From Eledone cirrhosa (Eukaryota): a stretch of DNA of 64,000 bases. The notes below the pieces were generated by a model that worked only from the letters and a program-made list of their open reading frames with translations, had not been told where the DNA came from and did no database searches. Numbering within the stretch: the first letter of the stretch is position 1; every line of letters begins with the position of its first letter. The stretch covers positions 376,030,001 to 376,094,000 of the forward strand of contig OZ024742.1 of assembly GCA_964016885.1 (NCBI GenBank). The letters run 5' to 3'. The translations under genes and the position numbers were made by a program. Positions 60,201 to 64,000 of this stretch are shown piece after piece.

Positions 60201-63200
60201 TAGTAAACACCAGCTCTGGTTATATAAAACTAGGGAGAGAATAACTGGTATTGACACTAGTACCAACCTAGTAAACACCAGCTCTGGTTATATAAAACTA
60301 GATAGACAACTGGTATAGACACTAGTACCAACCTAGTTAACACCAGCTCTGGTTATATAAAACTAGATAGAGAACAACTGGTATTGACACTAGTACCAAC
60401 CTAGTAAACACGAGCTCTGGTTATATACAACTAGATAGAGAACAACTGGTATTGACACTAGGACCAACCTAGTAAACACCAGCTCTGGTTATGTAAAACT
60501 AGATAGATAACTGGTATTGACACTAGTACCAACCTAGTAAACACCAGCCCTAGTAATATAAAACTAGATAGAGAACAACTGGTATTGACACTAGTACCAA
60601 CCTAGTAAACACCAGCTCTGGTTATATAAAACTAGATGGAGAACAATTGGTATTGACACTAGTACCAACCTAGTAAACACCAGCTCTGGTTACACAAAAC
60701 TAAATAGAGAACAACTGGTATTGACACTAGTACCAACCTAGTAAACACCAGCTCTGGTTATATAAAATTAGATAGTGAACAACTGGTATTGACACTAGTA
60801 CCAACCTAGTAAACACCAGCTCTGGTAATATAAAACTAGATGGAGAACAACTGGTATTGACACTAGTACCAACCTGGTAAACACCAGCTCTGGTTATACA
60901 AAACTTTGATAGAGAACAACTGGTATTGACACTAGTACCAACCTAGTAAACACCAGCTCTGGTTATATACAACTAGATAGAGAACAACTGGTATTGAGAC
61001 TAGTACCAACCTAGTAAACACCAGCTCTGGATATATAAAACTAGATAGAGAACAACTGGTATTGAGACTAGTACCAATCTAGTAAACACCAGCTCTGGTC
61101 ATATAAAACTAGATAGAGAAAAACTGGTATTGACACTAGTACCAACCTAGTAAACACCAGCTCTGGTTATATAAAACTAGATAGAGAACAACTGGTATTG
61201 ACACTAGTACCAACCTAGTAAACACCAGCTCTGGATATATAAAACTAGATAGAGAAAAACTGGTATTGACACTAGTACCAACCTAGTAAACACCAGCTCT
61301 GGTTATATAAAACTAGATGGAGAACAACTGGTATTGACACTAGTACCAACCTGGTAAACACCAGCTCTGGTTATATAAAACTAAATAGAGAACAACTGGT
61401 ATTGAGACTAGTACCAACCTAGTAAACACCAGCTCTGGTTATATAAAACTAGATGGAGAACAACTGGTATTGACACTAGTACCAACCTGGTAAACACCAG
61501 CTCTGGTTATATAAAACTAGATAGAGAACAACTGGTATTGACACTAGTACCAACCTAGTAAACACCAGCCCAGGTTATATAAAACTAGATAGAGAACAAC
61601 TGGTATTGACACTAGTACCAACCTAGTAAACACCAGCTCTGGTTATATAAAACTAGGGAGAGAACTGGTATAGACACTAGTACCAACCTAGTAAACACCA
61701 GCTCTGGTTATATAAAACTAGATAGAGAACAACTGGTATTGACACTAGTACCAACCTAGTAAACACCAGCTCTGGTTATATACAACTCGATAGACAACAA
61801 CTGGTATTGACACTAGTACCAACCTAGTAAACACCAGCTCTGGTTATATACAACTACATAGAGAACAACTGGTATTGACACTAGGACCAACCTAGTAAAC
61901 ACCAGCTCTGGTTATATAAAACTAGATAGAGAACAACTGGTATTGAGACTAGTACCAACCTAGTAAACACCAGCTCTGGTTATATAAAACTAGATAGACA
62001 ACTGGTATAGACACTAGTACCAACCTAGTTAACACCAGTTCTGGTTATATAAAACTAGATAGAGAACAACTGGTATTGACACTAGTACCAACCTAGTAAA
62101 CACGAGCTCTGGTTATATACAACTAGATAGAGAACAACTGGTATTGACACTAGGACCAACCTAGTAAACACCAGCTCTGGTTATGTAAAACTAGATAGAT
62201 AACTGGTATTGACACTAGTACCAACCTAGTAAACACCAGCCCTAGTAATATAAAACTAGATAGAGAACAACTGGTATTGACACTAGTACCAACCTAGTAA
62301 ACACCAGCTCTGGTTATATAAAACTAGGGAGAGAACAACTGGTATTGACACTAGTACCAACCTAGTAAACACCAGCTCTGGTTATATAAAACTAGATGGA
62401 GAACAACTGGTATTGACACTAGTACCAACCTAGTAAACACCAGCTCTGGTTATATAAAACTAGATGGAGAACAACTGGTATTGACACTAGTACCAACCTA
62501 GTAAACACCAGCTCTGGTTATATAAAACTAGATAGAGAACAATTGGTATTGACACTAGTACCAACCCAGTAAACACCAGCTCTGGTTATATAAAACTTGA
62601 TAGAGAACAACTGGTATTGAGACTAGTACCAACCTAGTAAACACCAGCTCTGGTTATATAAAACTAGATGGAGAACAACTGGTATTGACACTAGTACCAA
62701 CCTAGTAAACACCAGCTCTGGTTATATAAAACTAGATGGAGAACAACTGGTATTGACACTAGTACCAACCTAGTAAACACCAGCCCTGGTTATATAAAAC
62801 TAGGGAGAGAACAACTGGTATTGACACTAGTACCAATCTAGTAAACACCAGCTCAGGTAATATAAAACTAGATAGAGAACAACTGGTATTGACACTAGTA
62901 CCAACCTAGTAAACACCAGCTCTGGTTATATAAAACTAGGGAGAGAATAACTGGTATTGACACTAGTACCAACCTAGTAAACACCAGCTCTGGTTATATA
63001 AAACTAGATAGACAACTGGTATTGCCACTAGTACCAACCTAGTAAACACCAGCTCTGGTTATATAAAACTAGATAGAGAACAACTGGTATTGAGACTAGT
63101 ACCAACCTAGTAAACACCAGCTCTGGTTATATAAAACTAGATAGACAACTGGTATTGCAACTAGTACCAACCTAGTAAACACCAGCTCTGGTTATATAAA

Positions 63201-64000
63201 ACTAGATAGACAACTGGTATTGCAACTAGTACCAACCTAGTAAACACCAGCTCTGGTTACACAAAACTAAATAGAGAACAACTGGTATTGAGACTAGTAC
63301 CAACCTAGTAAACACCAGCTCTGGTTATATAAAACTAGGGAGAGAATAACTGGTATTGACACTAGTACCAACCTAGTAAACACCAGCTCTGGTTATATAA
63401 AACTAGATAGACAACTGGTATAGACACTAGTACCAACCTAGTTAACACCAGCTCTGGTTATATAAAACTAGATAGAGAACAACTGGTATTGACACTAGTA
63501 CCAACCTAGTAAACACGAGCTCTGGTTATATACAACTAGATAGAGAACAACTGGTATTGACACTAGGACCAACCTAGTAAACACCAGCTCTGGTTATGTA
63601 AAACTAGATAGATAACTGGTATTGACACTAGTACCAACCTAGTAAACACCAGCCCTAGTAATATAAAACTAGATAGAGAACAACTGGTATTGACACTAGT
63701 ACCAACCTAGTAAACACCAGCTCTGGTTATATAAAACTAGGGAGAGAACAACTGGTATTGACACTAGTACCAACCTAGTAAACACCAGCTCTGGTTATAT
63801 AAAACTAGATGGAGAACAACTGGTATTGACACTAGTACCAACCTAGTAAACACCAGCTCTGGTTATATAAAACTAGATGGAGAACAACTGGTATTGACAC
63901 TAGTACCAACCTAGTAAACACCAGCTCTGGTTATATAAAACTAGATAGAGAACAATTGGTATTGACACTAGTACCAACCCAGTAAACACCAGCTCTGGTT

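Larger units (their letters stand above)
1..64000. repeat. Tandem satellite array, 68-bp consensus monomer (frequent 65-bp variants), about 950 head-to-tail copies in one orientation, extending beyond both window edges
   Basis: CAACTGGTAT recurs at 541, 609 and 677 (period 68). The same monomer is readable on every line from 1 to 64000, typically with only a few differences. No inversion or foreign insertion seen. Confidence 0.99.
38700..64000. repeat. Zone C: block of about 3 kb repeated three times at about 11-kb spacing (about 38.7-41.5, 49.9-53.3 and 60.6-64.0 kb)
   Basis: ACTACATAG at 39961/51125/61853, TCAGGTAAT at 40961/52125/62853 and TACACAAAA at 38799/49963/60691. Offsets are constant at 11164 and 10728. 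Confidence 0.9.

Noticed and set aside
1-64000. CRISPR array (period of 65-68 bp and palindromic segments)
   Set aside because: The whole period is conserved. There are no unique spacers, leader or cas genes.
1-64000. Plasmid iterons, integron attC array or telomerase-type telomeric repeat
   Set aside because: There is no rep gene, integrase or cassette. The scale is far beyond iterons, and there is no short G-rich unit.
1-64000. Pure sequencing artefact (rolling-circle concatemer of one template)
   Set aside because: Variants recur in ordered, nested and zone-specific blocks rather than randomly or with one fixed period. Individual block duplications still need read confirmation.

Overview
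The whole 64-kb window is one uninterrupted, head-to-tail tandem repeat (satellite) array of roughly 950 monomers, running off both ends. I found no unique sequence, gene, RNA gene, transposon or CRISPR spacer. The consensus monomer is 68 bp (copy at 541-608): CAACTGGTATTGACACTAGTACCAACCTAGTAAACACCAGCTCTGGTTATATAAAACTAGATAGAGAA. It is about 37% GC, A-rich on the + strand (27 A vs 16 T) and has no CpG. 65-bp monomers are common, and 67-, 69-, 66- and 61-bp variants are rarer. Inside the monomer are six CYRG cores, three related sub-units and two inverted repeats. Above the monomer, diagnostic variants show higher-order repeats and block duplications with hand-measured offsets of 330, 1339, 1413, 1813, 2156, 2824/2895, about 4770 and 10728/11164 bp, arranged in zones with different variant repertoires. 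This architecture is most typical of a eukaryotic heterochromatic satellite. The organism and any function cannot be determined from the sequence, and I cannot support a claim of a novel gene-encoded system. Block boundaries are approximate; offsets come from marker positions.
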